This document shows positions 6,690 through 16,209 of a stretch of DNA of 48,617 nucleotides, piece after piece. Both the position numbers and the translations under genes were made by a program. The notes under the pieces were generated by a model that saw only the letters and a list, made by a program, of their open reading frames with translations, did no database searches and was not told the DNA's origin. The stretch comes from a virus. The stretch is taken from the UHGV virus genome UHGV-1497260; one strand, 5' to 3'. The first letter of the stretch is position 1. Each line of letters opens with the position of its first letter.

Positions 6690-8018
6690 ATGAATTACTC
6701 TTTAGAAGCAGAGCAAAACATTCTAGGAAGTTTTCTTATAAATGACTCTATAGGTTACAAAATAAGGGAATTAAAAGAAAATGATTTCTACTTTGAGTCA
6801 CATAAAATTATTTTATCTTGTATGAAGAGAATAATTGACTCAAATAAACCTTTAGATCTTTTGCTTTTAAAAAATGAACTAGAAAAAATAGATAGATTAG
6901 TAGACGTTGGAGGAGTTAGTTACATTACCAGTTTAACAACTATAGTCATAACTACTTCAAACATAGATCACTATATAAAAATCATAAAAGAGAAGTTACT
7001 TAAAAGACAAATTTCAGAGTTAGCAAATGAATTAATTAATAATTCAAATTCAGATAAAAGTATAGACGAATTGATTGTAGATATAAACGATTTAAAAGCA
7101 CTTGTGACGACGAGCAGTAGTGTAAATGATAATTACATTGATGCGTCAAAAATAAAGCGTGAAAAAGGCGTACACAAGTCCATAGACACAGGTTTTAATA
7201 AACTAAACAATATGCTAGATGGATTTAGATATGGAACTCTTACAATTTTGACTGGTAAACCTGCGTCTGGTAAATCAACTATAGTTAACCAGTTTATAGC
7301 ACAAGCAATTACGAATGGAGAAAAAGCATTTTTGTATTCTGGAGAATTACCCTCTTTCATGGCTATGGATTGGTTTAGAAAAACTGTAGCTAATGATTAT
7401 CACATAAAAGAATATAAAAGTGTCTATGGAGGAACATACACAGATATTCCAGATTATGCCTCTGAACTTATTTCAGACTGGATAAAAGATAAATTTTTTC
7501 TCTATGACGAAGATGCAATAAGTGATGAAGTAAATCTACTAAATACCATAGAGCATTTATATTTAAAAAAAGGGGTTAGGTTCTTTGTTCTTGACAATCT
7601 AATGACAATAAAAACTGGCAAGGCAGATAAATATGAGAGACAAGAGCAGATAGTAAGCAACTTAAAAAACCTTGCTAAAAAATATAACTTAGTAATAGTT
7701 TTAGTTGCACATCCTCGTAAAAATATGGGTGACATGAAGCCAACTATGTATGATGTGTCTGGAGCAAGTGAGATTGTTAATTATGCAGATTATATTTTAT
7801 CAACATACAGGGTTATTGACGAAGAAGAAGAAACAGACGACACTTATCTATTAATTTTAAAAAATAGAATAACAGGAAAACAGAATATAAGTTTTAAAAT
7901 GAATTTTTCAGAAAGAAGAAAAAGACTTTACACGACTAGTGAGGAGTTAAACAGAGATTACAAATATGATGTAAATAAACAATATGTTCAAGTAGAAATT
8001 CCAGAAGATGTATTTTAA
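6690..8018 (+). CDS. replicative DNA helicase, DnaB-like
   Basis: N-terminal DnaB-type segment EAEQNILGSFLIND; Walker A GKPASGKST; hexameric-helicase-like C-terminal region. Confidence 0.8.
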   Translation: MNYSLEAEQNILGSFLINDSIGYKIRELKENDFYFESHKIILSCMKRIIDSNKPLDLLLLKNELEKIDRLVDVGGVSYITSLTTIVITTSNIDHYIKIIKEKLLKRQISELANELINNSNSDKSIDELIVDINDLKALVTTSSSVNDNYIDASKIKREKGVHKSIDTGFNKLNNMLDGFRYGTLTILTGKPASGKSTIVNQFIAQAITNGEKAFLYSGELPSFMAMDWFRKTVANDYHIKEYKSVYGGTYTDIPDYASELISDWIKDKFFLYDEDAISDEVNLLNTIEHLYLKKGVRFFVLDNLMTIKTGKADKYERQEQIVSNLKNLAKKYNLVIVLVAHPRKNMGDMKPTMYDVSGASEIVNYADYILSTYRVIDEEEETDDTYLLILKNRITGKQNISFKMNFSERRKRLYTTSEELNRDYKYDVNKQYVQVEIPEDVF

Positions 8019-8070
8019 AAAAAGGATAAAAAATAGGAAATTTTATTAAATAATGATTTTATAAGAAAAA

Positions 8071-8159
8071 CCAATATTGAATAATTTAAAAATTCAATAT
8101 TGAAAAAATCATTTTTCAATATTGAAAATCGGATTTTGAAAAAGTATTGAATTTCAATA
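8071..8159. promoter_or_regulatory. array of palindromes TTCAATATTGAA (8093-8104 and 8115-8126, 22 bp centre to centre), CCAATATTGAA (8071-8081) and GTATTGAATTTCAATAC (8143-8159)
   Basis: sequence reading; lies in the 360-bp gap after the helicase gene. Confidence 0.55.
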
Positions 8160-8388
8160 CTAAAAAAAGTTTGAAAATATAGCATTTGCAACGATTATAT
8201 AAATTAATTTCCTGACATAATACGTACAGGTTTAGATATGCTAGCAAAAAACTTAAAAGTAGTGTAAGGATAAAAAGGCTATATAAATTTATAAAAGTTT
8301 TAAAAGTGTTATTAAATTAGAGCTAAAGTTTATTAATTAATTTCCTCGTAGAAAAATATTATTTTAAATAAATAAAGGAGTGATTTTT

Positions 8389-8775
8389 ATGATAGCATTA
8401 GAAAAATTTGCAGGTGGAGTTCTAAAAGAAAAGTTTAATACAGAGTTACAAAAAGTTTTAGATAACATTGCAGATCCAAATACAGATTTTAAAAAAACAA
8501 GAAAAATTAGTTTAGAAATAGTGTTTAAAGCAAATGAAGATAGAGATCTTGCTGAAGTAGATATAAAATCCAAATCAACTATAGTAGAAGCAAAGGCTAC
8601 AACAACTAAAGTTCTGATAGGAAAAGATTTAGAGACAGGAAGAGTTGAAGCGTCTGAATTTAAAAATCAAGTAGCAGGGCAGTTGGTCATGGATATTCCA
8701 GATAGTGAAGAAACTAATGAAACAGAAGAAAATAGTGCTAGTGTAATTGATTTCAGAAATGCAAGTTCAAAGTAG
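8389..8775 (+). CDS. hypothetical protein
   Basis: AAAGGAG ribosome-binding site; ATG at 8389. Confidence 0.45.
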   Translation: MIALEKFAGGVLKEKFNTELQKVLDNIADPNTDFKKTRKISLEIVFKANEDRDLAEVDIKSKSTIVEAKATTTKVLIGKDLETGRVEASEFKNQVAGQLVMDIPDSEETNETEENSASVIDFRNASSK

Positions 8776-8826
8776 TTTAAGAAAGTAAGTAAAATATAAA
8801 TTTAAATAAAAAAGGAGAATAAAAAA

Positions 8827-9531
8827 ATGATAAGAAATGCAATGGAATATTTAGTTAAGTTAGGAAAAAGAGAAACAGTATGTGTAGATGGGTTTAAGTA
8901 CACAACAGATGCATTAGAAATAATAAAAGAACCAAAAGCTAATGAATTAGAAATAACTACATTGAGTGGTTTAGTAGATTATATAAAAAGTGGCATAGAT
9001 CATAAGGCAGATGAGTTGTTATTAATACAAGTTCTAACTCCAAGAAAAGTGCTTTTAAAATCTCCTTTGAGAAAAAATAGAGATAGAGAGATATATATTG
9101 AATGTGTTGCACTACTACCAGAGAAAAGATTTGACAGACCTTTAGACTTAGATAGTTTTAACATAATGCTACAATCAGCATTTATAAAAAATAATGATAG
9201 AGATACACTTTTAAAAATTGCAGGAAATATCCAAGAATCTACAGTAAAAAATGTTGGAGATGATGGGGTTTCTCAATCTGTAACAATAAAAACAGGTGTC
9301 GCTAGTGTATCAGAAGCAATAGTTCCAAACAGAGTAAAGTTAATTCCTTATCGTACTTTCCAAGAAGTAGAGCAACCAGAAAGTGAATTTATTTTCAGAA
9401 TGAGTACTGGACCAGCAGCAGGATTATATGAAGCAGATGGTGGAGCATGGAAAAATCAAGCAATGTTAAATATTAAAGCGTACTTGCAAGAAGAATTAAA
9501 AGATTTTAAAAATGTAAATATAATTGCTTAA
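8827..9531 (+). CDS. hypothetical protein in the replication/recombination module
   Basis: ORF and ribosome-binding site only; an ssDNA-annealing role is suggested solely by its position upstream of SSB. Confidence 0.35.
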   Translation: MIRNAMEYLVKLGKRETVCVDGFKYTTDALEIIKEPKANELEITTLSGLVDYIKSGIDHKADELLLIQVLTPRKVLLKSPLRKNRDREIYIECVALLPEKRFDRPLDLDSFNIMLQSAFIKNNDRDTLLKIAGNIQESTVKNVGDDGVSQSVTIKTGVASVSEAIVPNRVKLIPYRTFQEVEQPESEFIFRMSTGPAAGLYEADGGAWKNQAMLNIKAYLQEELKDFKNVNIIA

Positions 9532-9587
9532 TTGAAAATCTAAGAGGACTTACAATAAGTCCTCTTAGTAAAAAAGGAGGGGATTAG

Positions 9588-9770
9588 ATGAAAATGATTT
9601 CTCATATGAACATTTTAGAAAGAGCAGAATTTACAGATAAAATAGCTAATGCAATCATGTCTGCAAATAAAGAAATTGAAAGAGGCTGTGCCTTTAATGA
9701 AGCAGTTGAGATTGTAAAACAAATGGAATATAGAGAAAATAAATACAATGAAGGAGATATTGCAATATGA
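9588..9770 (+). CDS. small hypothetical protein
   Basis: GGAGGGG ribosome-binding site. Confidence 0.35.
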   Translation: MKMISHMNILERAEFTDKIANAIMSANKEIERGCAFNEAVEIVKQMEYRENKYNEGDIAI

Positions 9771-10144
9771 ATAATGTAGTTTTAGTTGGAAGATTAGCAA
9801 GAGATCCAGAATTAAGATATATACCAGAGTATGGTACTCCAGTTGCTACTTTTGCATTGGCAGTTGATAGGGGTTATACAAAAAAGGATGGAACTAGAGA
9901 AGTCGATTTTATACCAATTGAAGTTATGGGAGGATCCGCAGAATTTTGTGCTAATTATCTCGCAAAAGGAAGAATGGTTTCAATTCAAGGCCAAATAAGG
10001 ATAGAAAAATATGAAAAAGATGGAGAGAAAAAAACTTTCACAAAAGTAAGAACAAAAATTGTTAATGCGCTTGATCACAAGCCAAAGGATGAAGAAAAAG
10101 AAATTAGTTTTCAAGTTTTAGATGATGAAGATATTCCATTTTAA
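9767..10144 (+). CDS. ssb: single-stranded DNA-binding protein
   Basis: N-terminal NNVVLVGRLARDPELRY OB-fold signature and acidic C-terminal tail DDEDIPF. Confidence 0.9.
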   Translation: MNNVVLVGRLARDPELRYIPEYGTPVATFALAVDRGYTKKDGTREVDFIPIEVMGGSAEFCANYLAKGRMVSIQGQIRIEKYEKDGEKKTFTKVRTKIVNALDHKPKDEEKEISFQVLDDEDIPF

Positions 10145-10706
10145 ATTGGATGGTGATTATGTGAGAAGTTTAGAGGAGAGAAATAAATTATTTGAAGATA
10201 ATATAAATCTTGTACATTTTATTATAAATAGATATTTCAAATCCTTTTTAAGAAGGTATCCATATTTAAAAGAAGATTTATTTCAAGAAGGATATATAGG
10301 ATTATATAAAACAACATGTTGCTTTGATGAAAGTAAAGGAAAATTTTCTACAATAGCATTTTCGTATATATCAGGACATTTGAAAAGATTTACGACTGGA
10401 TATGTTAAGAAACATTATAGAAATGATATAGATAGTTTTGAAAAGTGTATTTATAGAGATAATTATGGAGAAGAGATAAGAATAGAAGATAGATTGGCTG
10501 GCAATGAAAATGTAGATATAGAAAATGTTCGTGTTATTAGATCTTGTATAAAAAGAAGTGAGATAAAAGATATACAGAAAATAGTTTGTCTAAGAGAAAA
10601 AGGTTATACTCAACAAGAAATAAGTAAAGTGCTTGGAACTAGCCAAACGTCAATATATAGGAGACTTAAAAAATTAAAAACTGAAATTAATATACTAGGT
10701 AAATAA
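10122..10706 (+). CDS. sigma-70 family RNA polymerase sigma factor (ECF/TcdR-like, regions 2 and 4)
   Basis: region 2-like segment DLFQEGYIGLYKTTCCFDESKGKFSTIAFSYISGHLKRF; region 4 HTH GYTQQEISKVLGTSQTSIYRRLKKLK; true start may be the internal GTG near 10161. Confidence 0.7.
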   Translation: MMKIFHFKLDGDYVRSLEERNKLFEDNINLVHFIINRYFKSFLRRYPYLKEDLFQEGYIGLYKTTCCFDESKGKFSTIAFSYISGHLKRFTTGYVKKHYRNDIDSFEKCIYRDNYGEEIRIEDRLAGNENVDIENVRVIRSCIKRSEIKDIQKIVCLREKGYTQQEISKVLGTSQTSIYRRLKKLKTEINILGK

Positions 10707-10734
10707 TAAATGATTTAAGTTTATTGGAGGTAAA

Positions 10735-10893
10735 ATGAAAACTAAAATAATTGGTGGTAGGGAAAATGAGTGTCCAATTTGTAATGGTAATATATTTAAG
10801 ATTGAAACATTAATTGGAATAGTGTGGCAATGTAAGGATTGTGGATGTATGTATCAAGATATGAGTTCTAAAGAAAGTAAAAGGGGGTATTAA
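10735..10893 (+). CDS. small zinc-ribbon protein (52 aa; CPICNG...CKDCGC)
   Basis: two CxxC pairs; GGAGG ribosome-binding site. Confidence 0.45.
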   Translation: MKTKIIGGRENECPICNGNIFKIETLIGIVWQCKDCGCMYQDMSSKESKRGY

Positions 10894-10895
10894 AG

Positions 10896-11222
10896 ATGAG
10901 TTGTGTTATAAAGTGTGATTTTTGTGGTGAAACAATAGCAGAAATTCTAAACATAAAGGTATTCAGAATTGATGATGAAGGTAATATAATGAGTATCGGA
11001 AAAGATGTATGTGGCAAATGTTATGACAGATTATTTGGAAGTAACTTGAATAAGAAGATGACTAATTATGAAAAGATAAAAAATATGAGCAAAATAGAAA
11101 TGGCTGAATTTCTTGCAAATGGCGGAAGTGGATGTACTAGTTGTGCTTATGATTTTCAAGAATGCTTAGGCGGATGTTTAGAAGGTAGAAAAAAATGGCT
11201 TGAAAGTGAGGCGATGAAATAA
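10896..11222 (+). CDS. Cys-rich hypothetical protein (N-terminal CxxC...CxxC zinc ribbon, C-terminal CTSC...C...GGC)
   Basis: sequence reading. Confidence 0.45.
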   Translation: MSCVIKCDFCGETIAEILNIKVFRIDDEGNIMSIGKDVCGKCYDRLFGSNLNKKMTNYEKIKNMSKIEMAEFLANGGSGCTSCAYDFQECLGGCLEGRKKWLESEAMK

Positions 11223-11758
11223 TGAAAAAGACGTTAATAATCGTAGGAGTAGTTATTTCAATATTAATTATGTTTGCTTGCTTGTTCTTAGTAACTAAAA
11301 ATAAAGCAATTGATTTAGAAGAGCAGGTCCAATCAGCAACTGCATCTGTAGAGGTGCAAGAAAAAAGGAGAATTGATTTAATTAAGAACATAGTAGACTG
11401 CGTAAAAGACTATGCTAAATATGAAAATAGGACATTAAAAGAAGTAACTGACATGAGAGTAAGTGCAAATGATGAATCTATCAAGGAAGCAAAATTAAAT
11501 ATACAAGCAGTAGCAGAGAAGTACCCAGATTTAAAAGCTAATGAAAATTATAAGCAACTAATGAGTGAGTTGAGTATAACAGAAAATATGATTGCACAAC
11601 ATAGAGAAAATTATAATATGCAAGTTCGCAATTACAATAAATATATAAGAAAATTTCCAGCAAATTTAATTCTAAATAGTATGGGATATGAAAAAATAGA
11701 ATCTAAATATACTGAATATAAAGCAAAAGAGGATGCACCTCAAAATTTATTTGATTAA
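11222..11758 (+). CDS. LemA-family membrane protein
   Basis: N-terminal transmembrane segment followed by the LemA-type segment EVQEKRRIDLIKNIVDCVKDYAKYENRTLKEVTDMR. Confidence 0.6.
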   Translation: MKKTLIIVGVVISILIMFACLFLVTKNKAIDLEEQVQSATASVEVQEKRRIDLIKNIVDCVKDYAKYENRTLKEVTDMRVSANDESIKEAKLNIQAVAEKYPDLKANENYKQLMSELSITENMIAQHRENYNMQVRNYNKYIRKFPANLILNSMGYEKIESKYTEYKAKEDAPQNLFD

Positions 11759-11769
11759 GAGGTGCACAT

Positions 11770-12576
11770 ATGAAATTTAAAACTTTTGAAATAACTAAGA
11801 GAGAATTTTTAGTGAGCATAATAATTGCTTGCATGATGATTGTGCTTGGATTTTTCATTGATGATAAAGTTCAATCAAAATTTTTAGAAGATAATGAAAG
11901 ATATTACAAAGCAACTAAAATAAATAATGACAAAGATCTCTTTGATTATGCTATGGAAACAAGTGCGGGAGATTCTTTGATAAGTGGAAGATTTAAAAGT
12001 GTAGATTCTGTATCTATAGAAGAATTAAAAGGGGACTATTGGTTTATAGAAAGAACGGAAGAAAAATACACTATGCATACTAGAGTGGTTACCACTAAAG
12101 ACAGTAAAGGCCATTCACATAAATATACTGAAACATATTGGACTTGGGATTACCATGATTCAATAGAGAAAAAATGTAATAAATTTAATTTCATGGGTAA
12201 AGAGTTTGATGCGAAAGTAATTACTAATTTATCTAAAGAGAGATTGGCATTAAAGAAAGATATATTTAAAAATAATAATCTTAAAATAAAAGGTAATTAT
12301 GCTTACATTAATAATAAGAGAAGGTACTATTATGAAGTTATACCGAAAGAATTTAATGGTACCATGTATGCTAATTTAAAAAATAATACTATAGCGAATC
12401 CAGCTGATAAAAACATAAAAGTTTTTAAGGGTGAGTCTATACAGAATGTTTTAGAAAATAATAATTTTAATACAGGGTTTTTTAAAGTAGTGTTTTGGAT
12501 CATCTGGATATTAATAACTACAATCATTATATATGTATTTTATTATTTAAAAAATGATTGGCTTGAAGATAAATAA
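11770..12576 (+). CDS. membrane protein with N- and C-terminal transmembrane helices (LemA partner)
   Basis: hydrophobic segments near residues 14-30 and 238-260; adjacent to LemA. Confidence 0.45.
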   Translation: MKFKTFEITKREFLVSIIIACMMIVLGFFIDDKVQSKFLEDNERYYKATKINNDKDLFDYAMETSAGDSLISGRFKSVDSVSIEELKGDYWFIERTEEKYTMHTRVVTTKDSKGHSHKYTETYWTWDYHDSIEKKCNKFNFMGKEFDAKVITNLSKERLALKKDIFKNNNLKIKGNYAYINNKRRYYYEVIPKEFNGTMYANLKNNTIANPADKNIKVFKGESIQNVLENNNFNTGFFKVVFWIIWILITTIIIYVFYYLKNDWLEDK

Positions 12577-12600
12577 AGATGTAAGAGGAGAAGATCAGGT

Positions 12601-12861
12601 ATGAAATGTAAGGTGTACCATGCTATTAAAAATATAAAAGATGCAAATGAGTTAATTGATAGATTTGAAACAGAAAATATATTCTTTGAATTAAATGACA
12701 TAGATAATGAAAATGTCTTAAATGGAGAAATGGATTTAACTGATATAGAAGATATTGCATCATTGCAATTTATATTAGATGGAGATTTATTTATATTTAG
12801 TAGTTGTGATGAAATGATATTTATGAATAAATACACTCAAAAAGAGTTGGGACTTCAATAA
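12601..12861 (+). CDS. acidic hypothetical protein
   Basis: ORF only. Confidence 0.35.
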   Translation: MKCKVYHAIKNIKDANELIDRFETENIFFELNDIDNENVLNGEMDLTDIEDIASLQFILDGDLFIFSSCDEMIFMNKYTQKELGLQ

Positions 12862-12884
12862 ATGAATGAGGGGAGATACTAAAG

Positions 12885-13370
12885 ATGGATTTAAAGTTAA
12901 TTAGCAGTATACCTAATTGGAAGGTAGAAGATCAGTTGGCAAAAATTGATGAAGAGGTAACTGAGTTTAAAAATGCTATAGATACAGGAATAACTAAAGA
13001 TATAATTGCAGAAGGATTAGATGTTTGTCAAACTATTTTAACAATGTTTCAAGTTTTAGAAATAGAAAACTATATTACTGAAGGAGTAGAGACACATAAT
13101 AAGAAACTAAATGGAAGAGGATGGGATCTCAAAGAAATAGGAGACGATATACTTAATTTAATTAAAAATTCAATGATTAATGAATTGATTAATATGAACA
13201 AGAAATTAAAATGCCTTGATGAAAAAGAATTTAATGCAAAAATACAATTTTTAGATGTAGATAAACTATGGAATTTGTGCATGCCTTTAGTTAACTTAAG
13301 TACTATAAAAGGAGTTAATGAAAGCATTGATGAAATGAAAATGGGAGAGTTTCTAAAAAATATTAATTAA
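12885..13370 (+). CDS. MazG-like nucleotide pyrophosphohydrolase (putative)
   Basis: segment KIDEEVTEFKNAIDTG...IAEGLDVCQTIL resembles the MazG EExxE...ElgD motifs. Confidence 0.45.
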   Translation: MDLKLISSIPNWKVEDQLAKIDEEVTEFKNAIDTGITKDIIAEGLDVCQTILTMFQVLEIENYITEGVETHNKKLNGRGWDLKEIGDDILNLIKNSMINELINMNKKLKCLDEKEFNAKIQFLDVDKLWNLCMPLVNLSTIKGVNESIDEMKMGEFLKNIN

Positions 13371-13389
13371 AGTAAGGAGATAATATAAT

Positions 13390-13647
13390 ATGTTGATAGA
13401 AGTAACTGAAAATAATAGAGAATTAAAAGTAGGAGATATTGTTGAAATTAATGGTGGTAATAAGTTATATATGATTCTTTCTTTAAAGGAAACAATAGGT
13501 GGGTATGTTATTATAAATATGCAGAATGGATATGGTTCATTTGGTGCTTATAAAAGTTTAAGTCAACTAGAATTAGACTTGAAGGTAAGAGGTTATAAAT
13601 TATATAGTTCTGATGATTACAAGTTGCAATTAGTGCCTAGAGAATAA
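13390..13647 (+). CDS. hypothetical protein
   Basis: AAGGAG ribosome-binding site. Confidence 0.4.
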   Translation: MLIEVTENNRELKVGDIVEINGGNKLYMILSLKETIGGYVIINMQNGYGSFGAYKSLSQLELDLKVRGYKLYSSDDYKLQLVPRE

Positions 13648-13756
13648 GATATATTTCAAAAAAGAAAAAAAAGGAGCATTACTTCACGCTCCTGCTTGTC
13701 AAAATTCTAAAACCGTCATCACAACATCATTATAACATAATTAGGAGTGTGAGGTA

Positions 13757-14200
13757 ATGCAATCTAGCAAAAAAGACAATTTGTTTAGTAGTGCAGAAGG
13801 TAAGTTATATAATTATAAAAAAATAAAAGCGGAAATAGAAAAAATAGACATTGATATGCAGATGATAAAAAACGACTACAGAGGATGTAGTGGAGTTGAA
13901 ATTAAAGAAAAGACAAGCAAGACATATGATATTAAAAGTGTAATTGAAATAGAGACTGAAGAAAAAGAAAAGAAAATTGCCTTAAAAGAAAAAGAGAAGA
14001 GACATAAAGAGTTGATAATAGAAAAAATAGATAATGCAATGAAAATATTAAGTGAAGAAGAAAAAAAGATAGTACAGTATAAATACTTTTCAAGTAGCAG
14101 GACATCTTGGGAATATGTTGGCAGAATGATTGGTTTTTCAGCGAGTAAGTGTAAGCAAATGAGGTTTGATATTATAGATAAGATAAAAGGATTGCTATAA
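13757..14200 (+). CDS. phage late-gene transcriptional activator, ArpU/RinA-like
   Basis: C-terminal sigma-region-4-like segment EEEKKIVQYKYF...SWEYVGRMIGFSASKCKQMRFDIIDKI; located just before the packaging module. Confidence 0.6.
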   Translation: MQSSKKDNLFSSAEGKLYNYKKIKAEIEKIDIDMQMIKNDYRGCSGVEIKEKTSKTYDIKSVIEIETEEKEKKIALKEKEKRHKELIIEKIDNAMKILSEEEKKIVQYKYFSSSRTSWEYVGRMIGFSASKCKQMRFDIIDKIKGLL

Positions 14201-14296
14201 AAATGTCCGATTTGTGACGATTTTAAACCGATTTATGTCTGTTTTGTGTCTAAAAAATGTCCGATTTGTGACCAATTTATGTCTGTTTTGTGTCTT
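14201..14296. repeat. two tandem ~45-bp direct repeats AAATGTCCGATTTGTGAC..ATTTATGTCTGTTTTGTGTCT (copy 1 has a 9-nt insertion)
   Basis: sequence reading; sits between the ArpU-like gene and the late operon. Confidence 0.8.
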
Positions 14297-14342
14297 TTAA
14301 TCATGATAAGATTGTATTGTGAGAAAAATATATTTAATAAAA

Positions 14343-14888
14343 ATGGCTTGGAATTTACGTTCTAAGTCTTTTTTATTGTCTAGAGAGGTGTTGAAGATTA
14401 AACGTGATATAACAGAAGAAATTTCAAGTGCTGCATATGTACCAGACAATCTAAAGTATTACGACAATGTAATGAAAGAAACTCCTGGTATGTATGGAAG
14501 AGAATGTTCTTTAGATTTTATAAAGAAAAAGCAAGAAAAACTCTTGAAACTAAAAAAGAAGGTTAAGAAAAATTATGATTCTAATATTAATAAGATAGAC
14601 TCATATCTAAAAATTTTAGAGGAAAGTATAATTGATGAGTCTGATCACGTTGAGTTGGTTGTCTTTAAATTATATTTGCAGTTAGAAAATGTTGTAAAAG
14701 TAACTGAAACTGTAAATGACTTAGGATTTAGAATAAAGACCAATACTTATGCAAGAGAAAGAAAATATAGTACAAATGATATAACCTCTATAATCACAGA
14801 TCCTTTTGCTAATGTAGTTGAAGACTTAAAAATATTGGTGCAAGATAGGCAAAGAAAAAATTATCATGGTAATAAGGAGTGTTTTTAA
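14343..14888 (+). CDS. hypothetical protein
   Basis: ORF; alternative start at 14319. Confidence 0.4.
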   Translation: MAWNLRSKSFLLSREVLKIKRDITEEISSAAYVPDNLKYYDNVMKETPGMYGRECSLDFIKKKQEKLLKLKKKVKKNYDSNINKIDSYLKILEESIIDESDHVELVVFKLYLQLENVVKVTETVNDLGFRIKTNTYARERKYSTNDITSIITDPFANVVEDLKILVQDRQRKNYHGNKECF

Positions 14889-14891
14889 TGA

Positions 14892-15536
14892 ATGGAAGCA
14901 CATAGTGGACAAAAAGTTAATCCAATAAAAGATATAGAGGATGTATTTAGACTCTTGAATTTTCTAGAGGAATGGAACGAAAGAAATTACTTATTAGCTC
15001 TATTTGGAATGTGTACTGGGCTTAGGATAGGGGATATATTAGCACTTAAAGTTGCAGATGTAACAGATGTAAAGTTAGATAAAAAAGGGAAGAAGATAAG
15101 AGTATCTAAGGATTGGATTAGAGTTATAGAAGAAAAAAGAGACTATGATAGAGAAGTTTTCTTATCTGATGTAATAAAGAGTGCTATAGAAAACTATACT
15201 CAAGATAAACCAGGAGAAGAGTTTTTATTTAAAAGTGGCAAGAGGAAGAAATTTAATAGGCCTATCCAAACAAGGCAAGCAGGAAGAATAATAAAAGGAG
15301 CAGCAGAAAAGGTAGGAATAAAAGAAAATGTTGCAACACACTCTTTAAGAAAGACATTTGCAAGACATATTTATGATGAAGAAGAAAATAAGACTTATGC
15401 ATTAGAACTTATAAGGAAGATTCTAGGACATAAGACAATAGAAATGACTAGAAGATATATAGGAATAGATAAGGATGAAGAAGTAAAAGCAATAACTAAA
15501 TTTACTAATAAGTTAAAGAAAAGAAAAAGAAATTAA
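14892..15536 (+). CDS. tyrosine site-specific recombinase, catalytic domain only (214 aa)
   Basis: segments LFGMCTGLRIGDILALKVADV, HSLRKTFARHIY and LGHKTIEMTRRYI carry the R..H-x-x-R..Y catalytic signature; no N-terminal core-binding domain. Confidence 0.75.
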   Translation: MEAHSGQKVNPIKDIEDVFRLLNFLEEWNERNYLLALFGMCTGLRIGDILALKVADVTDVKLDKKGKKIRVSKDWIRVIEEKRDYDREVFLSDVIKSAIENYTQDKPGEEFLFKSGKRKKFNRPIQTRQAGRIIKGAAEKVGIKENVATHSLRKTFARHIYDEEENKTYALELIRKILGHKTIEMTRRYIGIDKDEEVKAITKFTNKLKKRKRN

Positions 15537-15750
15537 AATATCTTGTATTTTATCTAAAATTTAATATGTTACGTTTTTCAACAACAGGACATTATTAGAA
15601 TGTAAAGAGCCTCAATAATAGAATTTCCAAAGAATAGGATAGATTTATTAAAATGTCTGAAAATATATATTAAAGGTCATTTATTCAAGGGATTTATAGG
15701 GATGTAAATATTTAAATGTTTATTTAGAAGCTGAGTAAAGAGGTGATTAA

Positions 15751-16209
15751 TTGGATGTGAATGAAGTTGAAATAATCGACAGTAGCTATGAAAAAGGTAA
15801 AGAGTTGACAGAAGATCAGTGCAATATGGTAACTCTATTGATTACAGGTACTACAGTAACAGAAACTGCCAGAATTATTGGAGTAAATAGAAAAACAATC
15901 TATAATTGGATGAATAAAGAGCATGTTAGGAAAGAAATGGACAGACGGAAACAAGAGCTAACAAACCAAGGGAATTTAATGATATTAAAGGATTTAGATA
16001 GTTATATCAACAATATCAAGGAATTAGCTAGTGACAAGAGCGATAAGAGGGTTATGTTGGCAGCCAATCAGTATCTTATAAATCGTATATATGGAACTCC
16101 TACAAGTACAGTTGTACAAGCAGAGGATAATAGTGTTGGTATGGGTATGGATGCAACAGAGATAGAAGCAGCTATAGCTAAGATAAGAATAAGAACAAGC
16201 AAGAAGTAA
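15751..16209 (+). CDS. terS: terminase small subunit
   Basis: N-terminal HTH LTEDQCNMVTLLITGTTVTETARIIGVNRKTIYNWM of the Terminase_2 type; upstream of terL. Confidence 0.65.
   Translation: MDVNEVEIIDSSYEKGKELTEDQCNMVTLLITGTTVTETARIIGVNRKTIYNWMNKEHVRKEMDRRKQELTNQGNLMILKDLDSYINNIKELASDKSDKRVMLAANQYLINRIYGTPTSTVVQAEDNSVGMGMDATEIEAAIAKIRIRTSKK

Noticed and set aside
14892-15536. Tyrosine recombinase interpreted as an integrase marking an integrated prophage boundary
   Set aside because: Only the catalytic domain is present, and it sits mid-element between the late activator and terS rather than at an end. No att-like repeat matches the window ends, which instead carry iterons.
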